Shown: positions 38,476 through 50,830 of the stretch, piece after piece
Numbering within the stretch: position 1 is the stretch's first letter
Layout of the letters: every line of letters begins with the position of its first letter
From: Mesotaenium endlicherianum
Lineage: Eukaryota
Length of the DNA stretch: 64,000 bases
NCBI GenBank assembly: GCA_009602735.1
Contig: WELA01003449.1
Coordinates: forward strand, 211,597-275,596
Reading direction: 5' to 3'
Position numbers and translations under genes: made by a program
Notes under the pieces: generated by a model
Seen by the model: only the letters and a program-made list of their open reading frames with translations
Database searches by the model: none
What the model was told of the DNA's origin: nothing

Positions 38476-39489
38476 ATGGACTTTTTGCCTAAGTTGAAGG
38501 ATGTTCAATTAACCACGATGTAGTTTGCAAGAATCAAGTCAAGCAAATTGAACAAGAAACATGCAAGTTTAGAGAAAATCGCCCACCAGAGCTTTCGATT
38601 AAGTCTCAAAAGTCACAACTTACAAAATTGTGAAACCACAGCACCTGTGCTGGTCTGGCTTAGCCTTTTGCTCTTAGCCACGCGTGCCAATTCTTCACCG
38701 CAAGTTGGACGTCTTCGGTTCATCGGAGAGAGTTGTTTCTATACTATGGCCTTGCTCTTGCATTTAATAATTAGACATTCAAGACTTTTGAAGACTAGAG
38801 TAACACAGGACTCACTATTTTATGTGCTATTTGTACTCTCGTAGTGTTTGTCCAAATCTTCCACTAGGTCTCTTAGCAGATCCTATCTGCAAGCTTTCTA
38901 TCTTTTAGACAATAATCTTTTCTTGGAAATTCTTAGATTTTAACCTTTCTATGATACAAAGATTAAAGATCTTCAAGCGTCTGCAGAAGCGTGTCTCATC
39001 GGCTCCTTGCGGCCTTGGGAACTCCTTCTCCTTTGCGCCTTTTTTTTTTGCCTTCTTCTTTCTCTTCTCTTTTTTGATGTTGCTCTCTGGCAAAATATGA
39101 GAGGAAAAAATGAGAGAGAACTTTGCAAGGCTCATACCTTTCACAGGCATCGTGCATGCATGCATTCTTGAAATCATCTCATCCTCCGCACGTGATGGAG
39201 CATCCACCTCGTTGATCACCAAGGACCGACTTCCGTACGTGTGTCGTCAGCAAGTTGCACGAGGTTGAACATCTGCTGGTCATCGTGCACTGGCACAAGC
39301 CAATTTTGGTGTTAGAGTCTTTTAGTTTTTTCTATACCAAGTACTCTCCTTGTTCCTATTTCAGGACTTAGCAAGATCTGCAAGAGTTTCATACTGCTGA
39401 ATTCTTCTTACACCCTCCCCTTTAGCTGAAGGGTCTTCTCCCGTAGCTGAAAGTCTTGTTTAATCTTCAACTTTTAATTGGAAATTTCA

Positions 39490-39626
39490 GGAAGGCATTC
39501 ACGACATTTCTAATGTCTTGCCATAATCTATTCTTTACTAACGCAGCAAGTATGTCATTTGGAACCACAATTGTCACAAGTCACCGTGGCCTCTCATCTA
39601 GGGCTTTGCAGCTGACACAAGGTGTA
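39490..39626 (-). mobile_element. PHD-finger-coding tail of an older antisense Gypsy element (continuation of 46723-47570)
   Basis: Minus strand reads PCVSC...(frameshift)...VTCDNCGSK*HTCC...RH*KCREC, a C4-H-C3 ligand set with stops at both Trp positions. Confidence 0.7.
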
Positions 39627-40325
39627 TGTAAGATCATAGAATTGTATAGTGCATTTTTGTGGTCATTTAGATTGGTCAAATATTGAGAGTATTAAGTTAT
39701 GGATTTTTGTAAGTTCAATCAGTGTTAAGGTTGGTCGACAATTGTCCTTAATTCGTGGTGAGCGCGACCGTCGGATTGACCGACATCATCTAGCGATCTG
39801 GGCCGTTAAAGTGAATTCAAACCTTCACGTAATTTTGGCTGACGCGGAGTGCCGACCAGGTCGATCTACATAAAAGTTTCGGATTAGCCTAGCGCGTCTA
39901 AGTTAGTATATTCTTGATATTTCAATGCATGCATGTGGACGTCAATCGGCCCGACACATTGGATGAGGCTGATCTGGCCTACAGATCAGAAATTTTTGGA
40001 AGGGACGATTGGACAAACACTTCAAAACTTCGTTGCTAAGCGGCCCTCCCTCGTCGGGTTGAGCGGTCGTCGTAGAAAAAACTATAAATAGGCATATTCT
40101 TTGTTTCTTATCAATTTTCACTTTTGTAAATTTCTACGGGTTTGTAATGACAAGGTCTTTCATCCTATTTCATTTGTGAGCACTTTCTTGCTACTCAAAA
40201 TTAGTGAAATGAGTGATTTTCCTAAGCTTTCTTAGTAATATGTCGCTGCACCTCAAAGTATGATTGCAACTAGTTTGGTTCCTCGTGAGTCACTATGCTC
40301 CCATTAAGGCACTCCTCCCCTTTCA
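39627..40325 (+). repeat. 5' LTR
   Basis: TG...CA termini; aligns by eye with 46048-46722 (e.g. GGTGAGCGCGACCGTCGGATTGACCGACA, CTAGTTTGGTTCCTCGTGAGTCACTA); PBS follows immediately. Confidence 0.93.
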
Positions 40326-42609
40326 TTTGGCATCGGAGCTGGACTAGTTTGCATACTATATTATGGAGTCGCAGTCGGCAGCTGGAGGAGGCAAACATGT
40401 CGAGCATGTTGAGCGCGTGGAGCAGCAGGCAGCGCCAACAATGACTAGAGAGCAACAAGAGATGCAGGCGATGCTAAGGCAAATGGCAATTGCAATTGGA
40501 GGAGAAGTCTACGCCCAGTTTCAACGAAATATGCGTGCGCGCGGAGGTGGAGAGAATGGTGCGAATTGTTGTGGGGAATGCCGCTTTGACGAGTTCGACA
40601 CCTGCACCTGCTACAGCACCAATCCATGTGCAACCAATCATTCCATCCGCATCGGGAGTGCGTGCGCCTAAGCCTAAAGTGTATATTGGAGAGCGTGGAT
40701 CGCCGCCTGTTTATCAATAGATTTTTGGAGTGAAGAAATTCATGGAGTACCCTGCGCTCACGCCCAACAGGCAAGTCGCCTTTGTGATTACATTGCTGAA
40801 GAAGAGTGCTGGAGCTTGGTATGAGCGACCTGCTACTGTTGATCAGCTCTTAGAAGGCTTGACGAGGGCTATGTCAACCTATTGCACCCGAGGCTACTGC
40901 TCGAGATCTATACGTGCGCCTTCGTCAACGAGGAAGCGTTCAAGAGTATGTATCGCGCTTCAACGAGCTGATGCTTCATTGTCCATCCATGCACGAGTCG
41001 GAGATGATGGACAAGCTTAAGAGGGAACTTAGGCCAACTGTGGTCAAGGAAGTGACGCTCAAGGACCCTTCCAGTCTTGGAGAAATGATGGCATTGGCAA
41101 CGATGGTCGACGCTGTGGAGTATACTCAGAGGCAGTGGGGCAACCACAACTTTGGAGGACATCGACACATTGGATCTCAAGTGCCAAGCACGAGTGGTCA
41201 AGGTCCAGTACCTATGGGGTTGGAACTTGTTCAGAACCAGCGCAGGCAGCAAAATTACAAGCCGACTGGACCCTGCTATAATTGTGGCAAGCTTGGGAAT
41301 CTGGCTCAAGACAGTCGTCTGAAGGCAAAGCAACCTCAACAGCAGGAAAAAGGAGGACGCCAGCAAGTCGATCTGGGGTATCTACTGGCGTGAAGAAGGA
41401 AAGTCAGAAGGAGGTTATGCCCAGGAGCCTGCCGAGAAGCAAAAGACGAGACGTTCACAAGCCTATTATCGTGGAAACAATAGTCGACGGCAACAAGGCA
41501 AAGTGTAGGGTTGACAGTGGCGCAAGCGCAAACTTTGTGCACAAGAAGCTAGCGAAGGAGTGGCGAATTCCTGTGCAAAATCTTTAAGAGCCTAAGGAGG
41601 CAATTTTGGCGAATGGGCAGAGACTCAAGTATGGTGCACCTACGGAAGCTATTCACGTGGAAGTAGCGTGGCTCAAGAGTAAGGAAGTTATGGAGCAGGC
41701 AGGGCTAGGTCACCATGATGTGATATTGGGTCGACCATGGCTCAGGAAAGCCAACCCTCAATAGCACTGGAGCACGAGACAAGTGAAGGTCCAAGGGCGT
41801 GATGGTCGAATGGAGACAGCGAAACAGGTGGAGGTAGATACGACCACAAGTAACTGTCTTCTGTCGAGCCTGCAAGTTAAGAAGCTATGCAGGGCGAATC
41901 AGGTGAAGGAGATGTACCTTGTTTCGGTGGCCCTGGCCCGGTCATCAGATGGAGCAAGCATGAATCCTAAAAGCCTGGGCGAGTGCGCGTTGCCAGAGGA
42001 GCAAGTAGTGGCGTCTGATCCCCCCTGCTCAAAAGGAGCAGAGCCCAACTATTCAAGAGAAGAAGGAGCCTGCTGGGATACCTGCTCAAATTAAGGTGCT
42101 GTTGGAGGAGTTCAAATGCGTGTCTCCTGAGGAGCTACCTGCGGGATTACCTCCACAGAGAGCTATGGAGCACATGATCGAGTTGGAACCAGGGAGCAAG
42201 CCACCTGTGAGACCCGCCTATCGACAATCGTTTGCGGAGTTGGATGAGTTGAAGAAGCAGTTGACAGAGTTACTGGAGAAGGGAATCATCCAACCCAGCG
42301 AGTCTCCATTTGCCGCGCCAGTCTTATTTGTGAAGAAGAAGGATGGGACTATAAGGATGTGTGTCGACTACCGAGCACTCAACAAGATCACCATCAAGAA
42401 CACGTACCCACTTCCACAAGTGGACGAGTTGATTGACAGGCTTGTCGTAGCGAAGAATTTCTTAAAGATCGATTTGAGAAGTGGCTATCACCAGGTACAA
42501 ATTGCGGGAGATGTTCAGAAGACTGCTTTCAGGACTCGCTATGGTTTGTTCGAGTTCACAGTCATGCCTTTTGGGTTGACTAATGCACCTGATCATTCGT
42601 GAGACTTAT

Positions 42610-43179
42610 TGTAATGAATCAGTATATTAGTAGATATAATATTCATTTAAATATAATAGTTAATTTAGTTCAGCCTGCTGAACTTTAGTTAGTAGTCAGT
42701 CTGCTGAACTTTAGTTAATAATCAGTCTGCTGGACTTTACATAATTATCAGTTTAATGACTCGGCCAAAAGCAGCAGGCTGAAGTCAACTTAAGTCAGCT
42801 TGCTGACACATTCTTTGACAGCCAGCTGACTTCCGTGCTCGGTAGCAGCGAACTGCCTTGATATGCATCTAAGTACCACCTGCTAGATGAATGGCCAGAT
42901 GACATCCCCATGATGGATGGCTATTCGGGATGATGGGAGATGGCGGTGGATTTGGTTAACCGAGGTCCTACCAACGTGGTTAACTCCCGGGTAGGCGGTG
43001 CCATCGCACTGACCGTTGAACAGTAAACTCATTCCATGTACATATGCTAGGCATTGCTCTCGAGTTCGGCATTCGGAAACGAGGCCAACTCTCTTGTACA
43101 GCTTACTGAGAGAACTCTGAATCCAAGGCGAGAAGCCATTGATACGCACTGTCTTCTAACCTTGCTTATGTATGAGTTT
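42610..43179. mobile_element. 570-bp insertion in RT flanked by a 29-bp direct duplication
   Basis: TAATGCACCTGATCATTCGTGAGACTTAT at 42581-42609 and 43180-43208. The insert starts TGTAA and contains ~3 copies of TCAGYCTGCTGRACTTTA. The RT reading (RLMNSIFRSYLD*FVVVFLD) resumes after it. Confidence 0.85.
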
Positions 43180-43427
43180 TAATGCACCTGATCATTCGTG
43201 AGACTTATGAATAGTATCTTTAGATCCTACTTGGACTAGTTTGTGGTGGTATTTTTGGACGTCATCTTGATCTATTTGAAGACCTTGGAGGAGCATGTGG
43301 AGCATCTCAAGAAGGTGTTGGAGGTCTTGAGAGATTAGAAGCTATATGGAAAGATGAGCAAGTGCGACTTCTAACTCAAGGAAGTTGAGTTTCTTGGGCA
43401 CATAGTGGGAGCTGAAGGAGTCAAGGT

Positions 43428-43933
43428 TGTAGTGAAACAGGTAGATAAAGTACTTAATAAAGTAGAAAACTTTATCTATTCAAGACTAGGATCTTTGAAC
43501 ACAAGAGGTAGCTTCTTGAAAGAGAGATGGTTTCTAGAAAGTTAATATATTTCTCAACCTTGGCCAGTACAAGAGTGATTCTCCCCCCATCCCTTTCTAT
43601 GCTTTAACTCTTGTTTATATACTTGCTACGTAAGTAATTTCTAGGAAGGTGCATGTTGATGTGTTGGCATCCAATACATCCCAAAGCTTGCCACCTCTTT
43701 CTAGAATAATGTACACATGTCCTTTTGACCTAAAAATGGCATATTTGACTTTTGCCGTATGGAGTTTTTCTAGGTCCTTCCTCTAACTTCGAAAATGCCT
43801 TACAAGGTTCAAAGGACATGAACCAAGTCACTAGAGTATCAATTCACACTTGACTCCACACAACACTACTTCAAAAATGTTCAAAAATATTTAAGTAAAT
43901 ACTAACTAATGTATGCTGACTCATGTCACTACA
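43428..43933. mobile_element. Solo LTR (506 bp) nested in chromovirus pol
   Basis: Termini TGTAGTGA...TCACTACA (8-bp inverted repeat); AAGGT at 43423-43427 and 43934-43938. Removing it restores the pol reading GVKVEQKKAQAIINWP. Confidence 0.92.
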
Positions 43934-46047
43934 AAGGTGGAGCAGAAGAAGGCGCAAGCAATCATAAATTGGCCCGTACTTGCTGATATTCATCAACTCA
44001 GGAGCTTCCTTGGCATGGCGAATTATTATCGCGGTTTCATTGAAGGATTTGCCAAGGTGTATGCACCGCTCACGGACATGTTGAAGAAGCAGGAGAAGTG
44101 GCTATGGGGCGACAAGGAGCAGCAAGCCTTTGAGAAGATTAAGGGGTTGTTGACATAGGCACCTGTCTTAGCGATTGCCAGTCCAGAGCTTCCTTTCACC
44201 ATCATCACGAACGCATAAAACTTCGCAGTGGGAGCCGTTCTTCTCCAGAACCAGGGTAAAGGATTGCAATTTGTGGCTTATGAGTGCAGGAGGTTGAGTC
44301 CTGCTAAGCAAAACTATGCAGCACACGAGCGGGAGATGTTGGATATTATCCAGGCTTTGAGGATTTTGGCGATGTTATGTGGACGGACGGATGGTATTCA
44401 TCAAGATCGACCACAAGGATGTGGAGAAATTTATGACACAACCAACGTTGACACCAAGATAGGCAAGGTGGATGGAGTTTTTGCAACAGTATGACCACAA
44501 GATTGAGTACTTACCTGGGAAGATCAACCCTGCAGACGCTTTATCCAGGAGGTGCGACCTTGCAGCTGCCTCAGTCATCAAGGAGAGTATGGATTTCAAG
44601 GAGAAGCTTAAGAAAGGTTACGAGGTAAGCCCAGAGTTTGCTGATAATAAAGCAACTGAGTCCAACTCAAGTATGCAGAAGAAGGACGGCATATGGTATT
44701 ATGGTGATTCCAAGAGAGTGGTGATACCTGACATTAAGGAGCTACGAGACTTACTACTTACGGAGCATCATGTTTGCTTATATGCTGGACACTTTGGAAG
44801 CAAGAAGACGGCAAGCGTGTTGAACTGAGAATACTATTAGAGGAATATGGACAAGAACATCAAGGAGTGGATCAGGAGTTGCGATGCGTGCCAGCGTAAC
44901 AAGACACCAAATCAAAAGAAGGGAGGTACATTGTAGCCCCTGCATATTCCAGAGTATCCTTGGGAGCAGATTGCTATGGACTTCATCACATCGTTACCAG
45001 TCAGTAGTCAAGGGCACGATGCAGTATAGGTTGTGTCTGATAGACTCAGTAAGATGGCTCACTTCATTCCCTTGAAGGAGACTTTTACGACAACAGATGT
45101 GGCACAGTTATTCTTTGATCATATTTTTAGGCTACATGGGTTGCCGAAGGTAGTTGTTTCAGATTGAGATCCAAGGTTCACTAGCAACTTCTGGCGATCA
45201 TTGTTTACTTTGATGGGGACCAAGCTAAGCATGAGCACTCCCTATCATCCTCAGACAGTCGGGCAGAGTGAGGGGCTCAATAGAACTCTGCAAGAGGTGC
45301 TCAGGAGTTTTAATATGAAAGACCCCTCATAGTGGGATAAGAAGTTGCCAAGGTTGGAGTTTGCCTACAACAACAGCATGCAGGGATCTACCAAGCAATC
45401 ACCATACATTATGGTTTATAAGAGAGAAGTATATCATCCAGAGAACATCTTGCTCAAGAAGGCCAAGGAGACTCAGTTTCCTATTACACAAGCTTTTATG
45501 GAGCATATGGCCAAGACTTGGGACATTGCAAAGACGTGTGTTTGGAAGGCACAAAAAGAGCAGGTTACGCATGCTATCAAGCATCGGAGGGAAGTGACAT
45601 TTTATGTGGACGACAAAGTACTATCGTCAATGGAGAATCTACCTTTCACAGGCAAGAGGAAACTGCGGGCACGATTTACTAGTCCATTTTCGGTGCTCAA
45701 GCAGGTGGATCCAGTGGCCTACAAGTTGAAATGTACATGATGTGTTCCATGTCAGTTAGTTGCGGCCATACTTTGACCCGAATGAAGGACATCCAGGGCG
45801 GCTACCTACACCGCCACCACCGGTCGAGATTGATGATGTATTGGAGTATGAAGTGGAGGCGATTGTCGGCGATCGACGAGTCAAGCGAGGTCAACAATTT
45901 GTTCAAGAGTACCTGTTTAAGTGGAAAAGCTACCATGCGGACAACAACACTTGGGAGCCAGAGGCCAACTTGACTCATTGTAAGAGTAAGTTGAGGCGTT
46001 ATTTGCAAAACGCGTCAAGGACGTTGCACCTTGACGAAGGGGGATAA

Positions 46048-46722
46048 TGTAAGGTCACAAGATTGTACAGTGCGTTTTTGTGGTCATTTTGATATAAAAA
46101 TCGTCGACTTTGGTTAAGTATTGAGAAAATTATGGATTTTTCGAAGTTTAATTAGTTTTAAGGTTGGTCAACGACTGTCCTTGATTTGCGGTGAGCGCGA
46201 CCGTCGGATTGACCGACAGCGGTGAGCGATTTGGGCCGTTAGAGTGAATTCGAACCTTCACTTAATTTCTTCTGAAGCAGAGTGCCGACCAGGTCGACTT
46301 ACCTACAAGTTTTGGATTAGCCTAGCGCGTTTAAGTTAGTATATTGTAGATATTTTGATGCATGCATGTGGACGTCAAATCGGCCCGAGGCCGACACGTC
46401 GGATGAAGCTGATCTGGCTTACTCACGAATATTGTGGAAGGAACGATTTGACAAACACTTTAAAAATTTTGTTGCTAAGCGGCCCTCCCTCCTAGGGGCG
46501 AGCGATCGTCATAGAAAATTATAAATAGGCATAGCTTTTTCGTTACTCATCAGTTTTCACTTCTGAAAAATTTAACGGGTTTCTAATGACAAGGCTTTCA
46601 TCCTATTTCATTTGTGAGAACTGTCTTGCTAGCAATATGCCGTTGCAATCTAGAGTATGATTGCTACTAGTTTGGTTCCTCGTGAGTCACTACGCTTCCA
46701 CTAGGGCACTCTGCCCCTTTTA
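46048..46722 (+). repeat. 3' LTR
   Basis: Follows the PPT; begins TGTAAG and ends CCCCTTTTA (terminal CA changed to TA), followed by the GTGTA duplication. Confidence 0.93.
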
Positions 46723-47570
46723 GTGTAGCTGGCACCAATTCCTTGGGCTCAGCTTAAATAGTAGGATTGATAAGTGACAAGGTGAATGATTTTGTATATC
46801 GTCTCAAATGGTTATGCATATGGTCTCAGATGGTTATGCCATCAGACCCGTTCAGTTCGAACACACCATTGCCAAATGCATGCTTAACTGATAAGATTAT
46901 TACACCTGAACTGGTGTCAATGGTGGTCTTGGTGTGTCGCTTCCCGTGCACGAAGTCTTCTTCTTGGATCTCAGTCATCTATAAACAAAAGCTTCCATCT
47001 TGAATCTTGGCGTAGTGTGGGTATCTCTTTTCTAGGCAATCTTCAAGTTGTCAAGAGCTGCTGGCATCATGCGCTCAAGTAGCATATTCCGACACATCAT
47101 GACTTTTAACAGCTCTTCTGGGCTGTCCAGGTTCTTTGCCTACTCTATCTCCTGTTTGATGCTAATAGGCACTCTTCTTCCAAACAAGATCCGGTATGGC
47201 AAGTGATTTGCCAAATCAGCATGTTTGTTGAATCAGTAGCCCATTACCAACCATGGCAGGACCAGTTTCCAGTCTCGTTTGTCGTGATTCAACAGCATTT
47301 TTGTAGTGCCATCTTAATGGTTTACACACTTTTTTCGGCTAGACCATCTGCTTGCGGATGGTTTTTAAAAGTAGTGCGATGATCAATGAAGCACTTGTCC
47401 AAGAGCTGCTGAAATGACCCTTGAAACTCACCTTTGGTACGTTAGCATTTAAGCTGGTGCGCCGTGACGCGTAAATACGCTGTTAAGATGCGCTTCCGCG
47501 GTTCCCAAACTCACCTTAGCAATAAGAGGAACTAGCTCTAGCCACTTAGAGAATTGCTCAATCATGACCT
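46723..47570 (-). mobile_element. Degenerate Gypsy integrase of an older, oppositely oriented element
   Basis: Minus-strand fragments VMIEQFSKWLELVPL...VFTRHGAPA, EFQGSF...IDHRTT...HPQADGLAE, DWKLVLPWLVMGY, PYRILFGR and IA*KRDT..YAK: an integrase core with multiple stops. Confidence 0.85.
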
Positions 47571-47574
47571 TAGT

Positions 47575-50500
47575 TATATGAAATTTGGATTTGCCGCACA
47601 TGTGGGAGCGGGTTTGCCGCGCGTACAAAATGTGAGAGTCGAAATTGCACATCGGAATACGTCAAAATACGTGACTGTCGGTAGTTCAAATCGGTCATTG
47701 GTTTTCAAACGTGTGTAATCGTGCAGAACCGACACACTTAGGGTTGCTCCCAAAACTTGACAGTGCTTCAAGCTCATTCTTGTTTCGCTGACGCGTCATT
47801 TACTCACACGCTTACATGCTGCCGGTGATGTTAGCGTGGCCATTCACACGTTGATGAGCGTGTGGATTCAATTGTGCCGCACTCTTTATCAGTCGGCCAT
47901 GGTTGTCGTAAATCTCTTAATGAATCAACGTTTGTGGACAAGGATACGATTTTTTTGACAACACCCATTGCAACCGTCTAATTCTTATAAGTGTACGCCA
48001 ATTTGTTCGTACCTAAAGGAACGTGCAGTACAGCACGCCACAAGTTGGAACCAAGTGGACCAGGGCAACTCTACTCCTGTCCTCAAAAATTGTGAAAAAA
48101 AGGTCTCCCAAATCAAGTTTTTTCCGATTCAATAAAGTGGTCTTTTTGATATCATTGGGATTCAGATTGCAAGAATAGGTTGCAACCTTGCATGACATGG
48201 TTTCAATGAGTTTGCGTTCCAGATTTGGAATTTAATGTGGCTTTTTGGACCAGATTTTCCTACGTTGGATTCTGCGTAGAATAGGGATGTAACAATTTCA
48301 GGGTTGTGGAAGACAGTAGGACATGAAAGTTGCCGCTTTGGAACTACTCAGAACGATTTGAGACAGCGCCACTATTTTCTCAAAGGGCAAAATACATTTA
48401 TACCATCGATTGACAACGCAAACTAGATTATTTCCAGAACCAGATATACACCCAAAATGGACATCGCGATCACGAATCGACCATTCTTTCCTACTATATC
48501 GCAAATTGGACCTATTGCTAAACAACACAAGATTTTGAGAACAAAGTCTCTTATCCTATCAACAAACTCATGTACGTACCATGCAAAAAATACGACACAA
48601 GCCATCAAAATTGTTAAGATTGAGCTCGTTGATTGCTCGTTGCTTTCAGAAATTCACAGTTGGTTAGTTTGGTATACGAAATCATATTCTTGGAAAACGA
48701 CGTGCTAAAAAGTAAGGTACTGGCCGGGAGAACAAGGAGACTAGTGAAAAAACTGAATTAATTGGCGATTTGTGCAATCATAAATGTTGACTCGAACAAA
48801 CTGATAAACTACAAAAGAAAAGTAGAACCATGTAGACGTCGTCCCCAAAATTTTTGACTGCAGGCAAATTCACATTTTCCCCAGAAACTATATTGGGAAG
48901 AGTAAATGGCCTGATAAAATTTGTGTGTAATTTTTTACAAACTTTGAATGAAACACTCGCTCCTATTGGAACGAACACCACGTCAATAAGAAACTTGAAT
49001 AACTAGTTCAAGTCCAATTTGTGCTATATTTGGCAAAAGTGGTCAACTCGTCATAGCGAGGTCCACAATGCGCAAATTAGGTGTAACTCTGGTTTCGCAT
49101 AGTCAATCGATATTAAGAATATGTTTTGCCCGTCTTGTATAGAGCTTTACACAGCTTCACAAGTGGTTTCATACAAGTCAAACTTGACCAAAATTGAGAG
49201 GCCGGATCAGGTTGAATCAGGTCCAATTGTGTTGAATTTCAACTCCATGCCATATGGTTTCCTATAGTGCAGGTCCTAGGAGAGCTGTGGGCACCAACCA
49301 TGAGTACCATCTATAATGATTCATGAGACCAAACAAACCTAATAAATTTGAAGATCTTATTTGGTGGCCAATTTAAACAAAATGCTGCTGACTGCTGTTA
49401 ATGTTTATTCAAATTTTACACCATTATAAACGTCAGATCCAGTAGGTGTATTCGATTGTTGGGTCTTGTTAAAATGGTCTGGGCATTTTTGTTTCCATGT
49501 CGTTTGAATTCATGTATTATGCGTTCATGTTACGACACAAGGAGGTCTACTCACGTTTGTGACTAAGAGGAGGACAAGACAAAATCTCAGCAATGTAGAG
49601 TTAATTCGTAGAATATCAGATTTGATATATATTGAAGGGTTATATACAACGCCAAAAGGCCAAAATGCTTTAGATTGATGTGCCAAAGTTTGTACAAAGA
49701 ACCTAGACCCTTGTACAATTTGTTCCTCAATTCTCTTGTTCCAGGAGATCCAGAATCGATGCCGGGTGAAGTTGTTGACATTTGCTAGGTACTTGCACAC
49801 CCATAAATTGTAGAAGTTCAACTCTATCGAAACAGAAGAAAATATAGCATCTAGCATTAATGCAATTACACCCCAAATGGTCCTTTCAGGTGCGCTTGAC
49901 ATATGATCCTGTATCTGTAACGTTCCCAAAACTTGTGTTGCTTGTGATACGTATTTTAAACTTACTCCATACTAATATATAGTGATTGCATGTAGACAAC
50001 AAAGACAGCTTATCCAACATATTGGTTGCACAAAGGTCCTCAATTGCTTTAACAAAATAATACTTAAATGTCCAAATTGGTTGTATATCACCATTGCACG
50101 CGCACTTGTTTTGCATGCAACTATTGTGGCCCTCCTCTATTTATCGCCGTTGGTGCTTCACTAGCTTCCTTCTAGTATCTCCAGCCAATAAGAATTATGA
50201 CGCTCATCCATTATTCCACTATATCCAATCTCCTTCAATCATGTGTTCGGAAGTACCAATGCTCTTTTCTCTCTTGATCCTTCTGATCACATATGTTGTA
50301 ATTCTGAGTCAATCAAGCTCATCTCCCACAACTCTTAGTTGATCCCCATCAACATATACTTCGAATGAAATACGAAGATCTCTTATAAATTGATTTGCAT
50401 ACCAGCATGACAACAAAATCCAAACACTTCCAGTCTAGAGAAAGCTCGGATGTCATTCTTATGGACTAATTTAGTAAGGTCCATTGGCGAAAACAATGTC

Positions 50501-50830
50501 GCAAATGGATCCATACTACAGATAAATCTGAACCCTTAGGGAGGATCAAATCCACCAATCGAGTTCTCCGATTGGACTGCCATTTGAATGAGCAAAAATG
50601 TTATTATTCTTACAAGATGAGAAAGTCTTGGACAAGTTAGTTAAGCATCGGACTTCCGTTACCTAAGTGATGTCTCCCAATGCTGAGGAAATAACAGAGG
50701 ACTTTGACGCGATGTAGCGGGAGAGACTTAAGGTTAGAACAAATGAAAGCATATTGAACCTAACCAATACTCCAAGTAAGCCTATCTACTGAATTCATCT
50801 ACTGCCATTGAGCGAGACTGTCTCGCTAAA
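47575..50830. mobile_element. AT-rich degenerate segment, possibly a decayed DNA transposon or other insertion
   Basis: Begins where the integrase is truncated (~47575); markedly AT-richer than the genic DNA; broken minus-strand ORF fragments (Cys-rich stretch, IIIDGTHG). No termini identified, so the right boundary is approximate. Confidence 0.3.

Larger units (their letters stand above)
39627..46722 (+). mobile_element. Full-length decayed Ty3/Gypsy chromovirus LTR retrotransposon
   Basis: 5' LTR 39627-40325 (TGTAA...TTTCA); PBS TGGCATCGGAGC at 40328 (tRNA-iMet-like). gag ~40363-41393 (RLRQRGSVQEYVSRF, PVPMGL, degenerate knuckle). Protease VDSGASANF ~41510. RT ([51 protein letters not shown]), RNase H, integrase ([21 protein letters not shown]) and chromodomain (EYEVEAIV...YLFKWKSY...NTWEPEANL). 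PPT GAAGGGGGATAA 46036-46047; 3' LTR 46048-46722. GTGTA duplicated at 39622-39626 and 46723-46727. Many stops and frameshifts. Confidence 0.96.

Noticed and set aside
41282..41393. Programmed gag-pol frameshift in the chromovirus
   Set aside because: The element carries many random frameshifts, so this overlap cannot be distinguished from decay.
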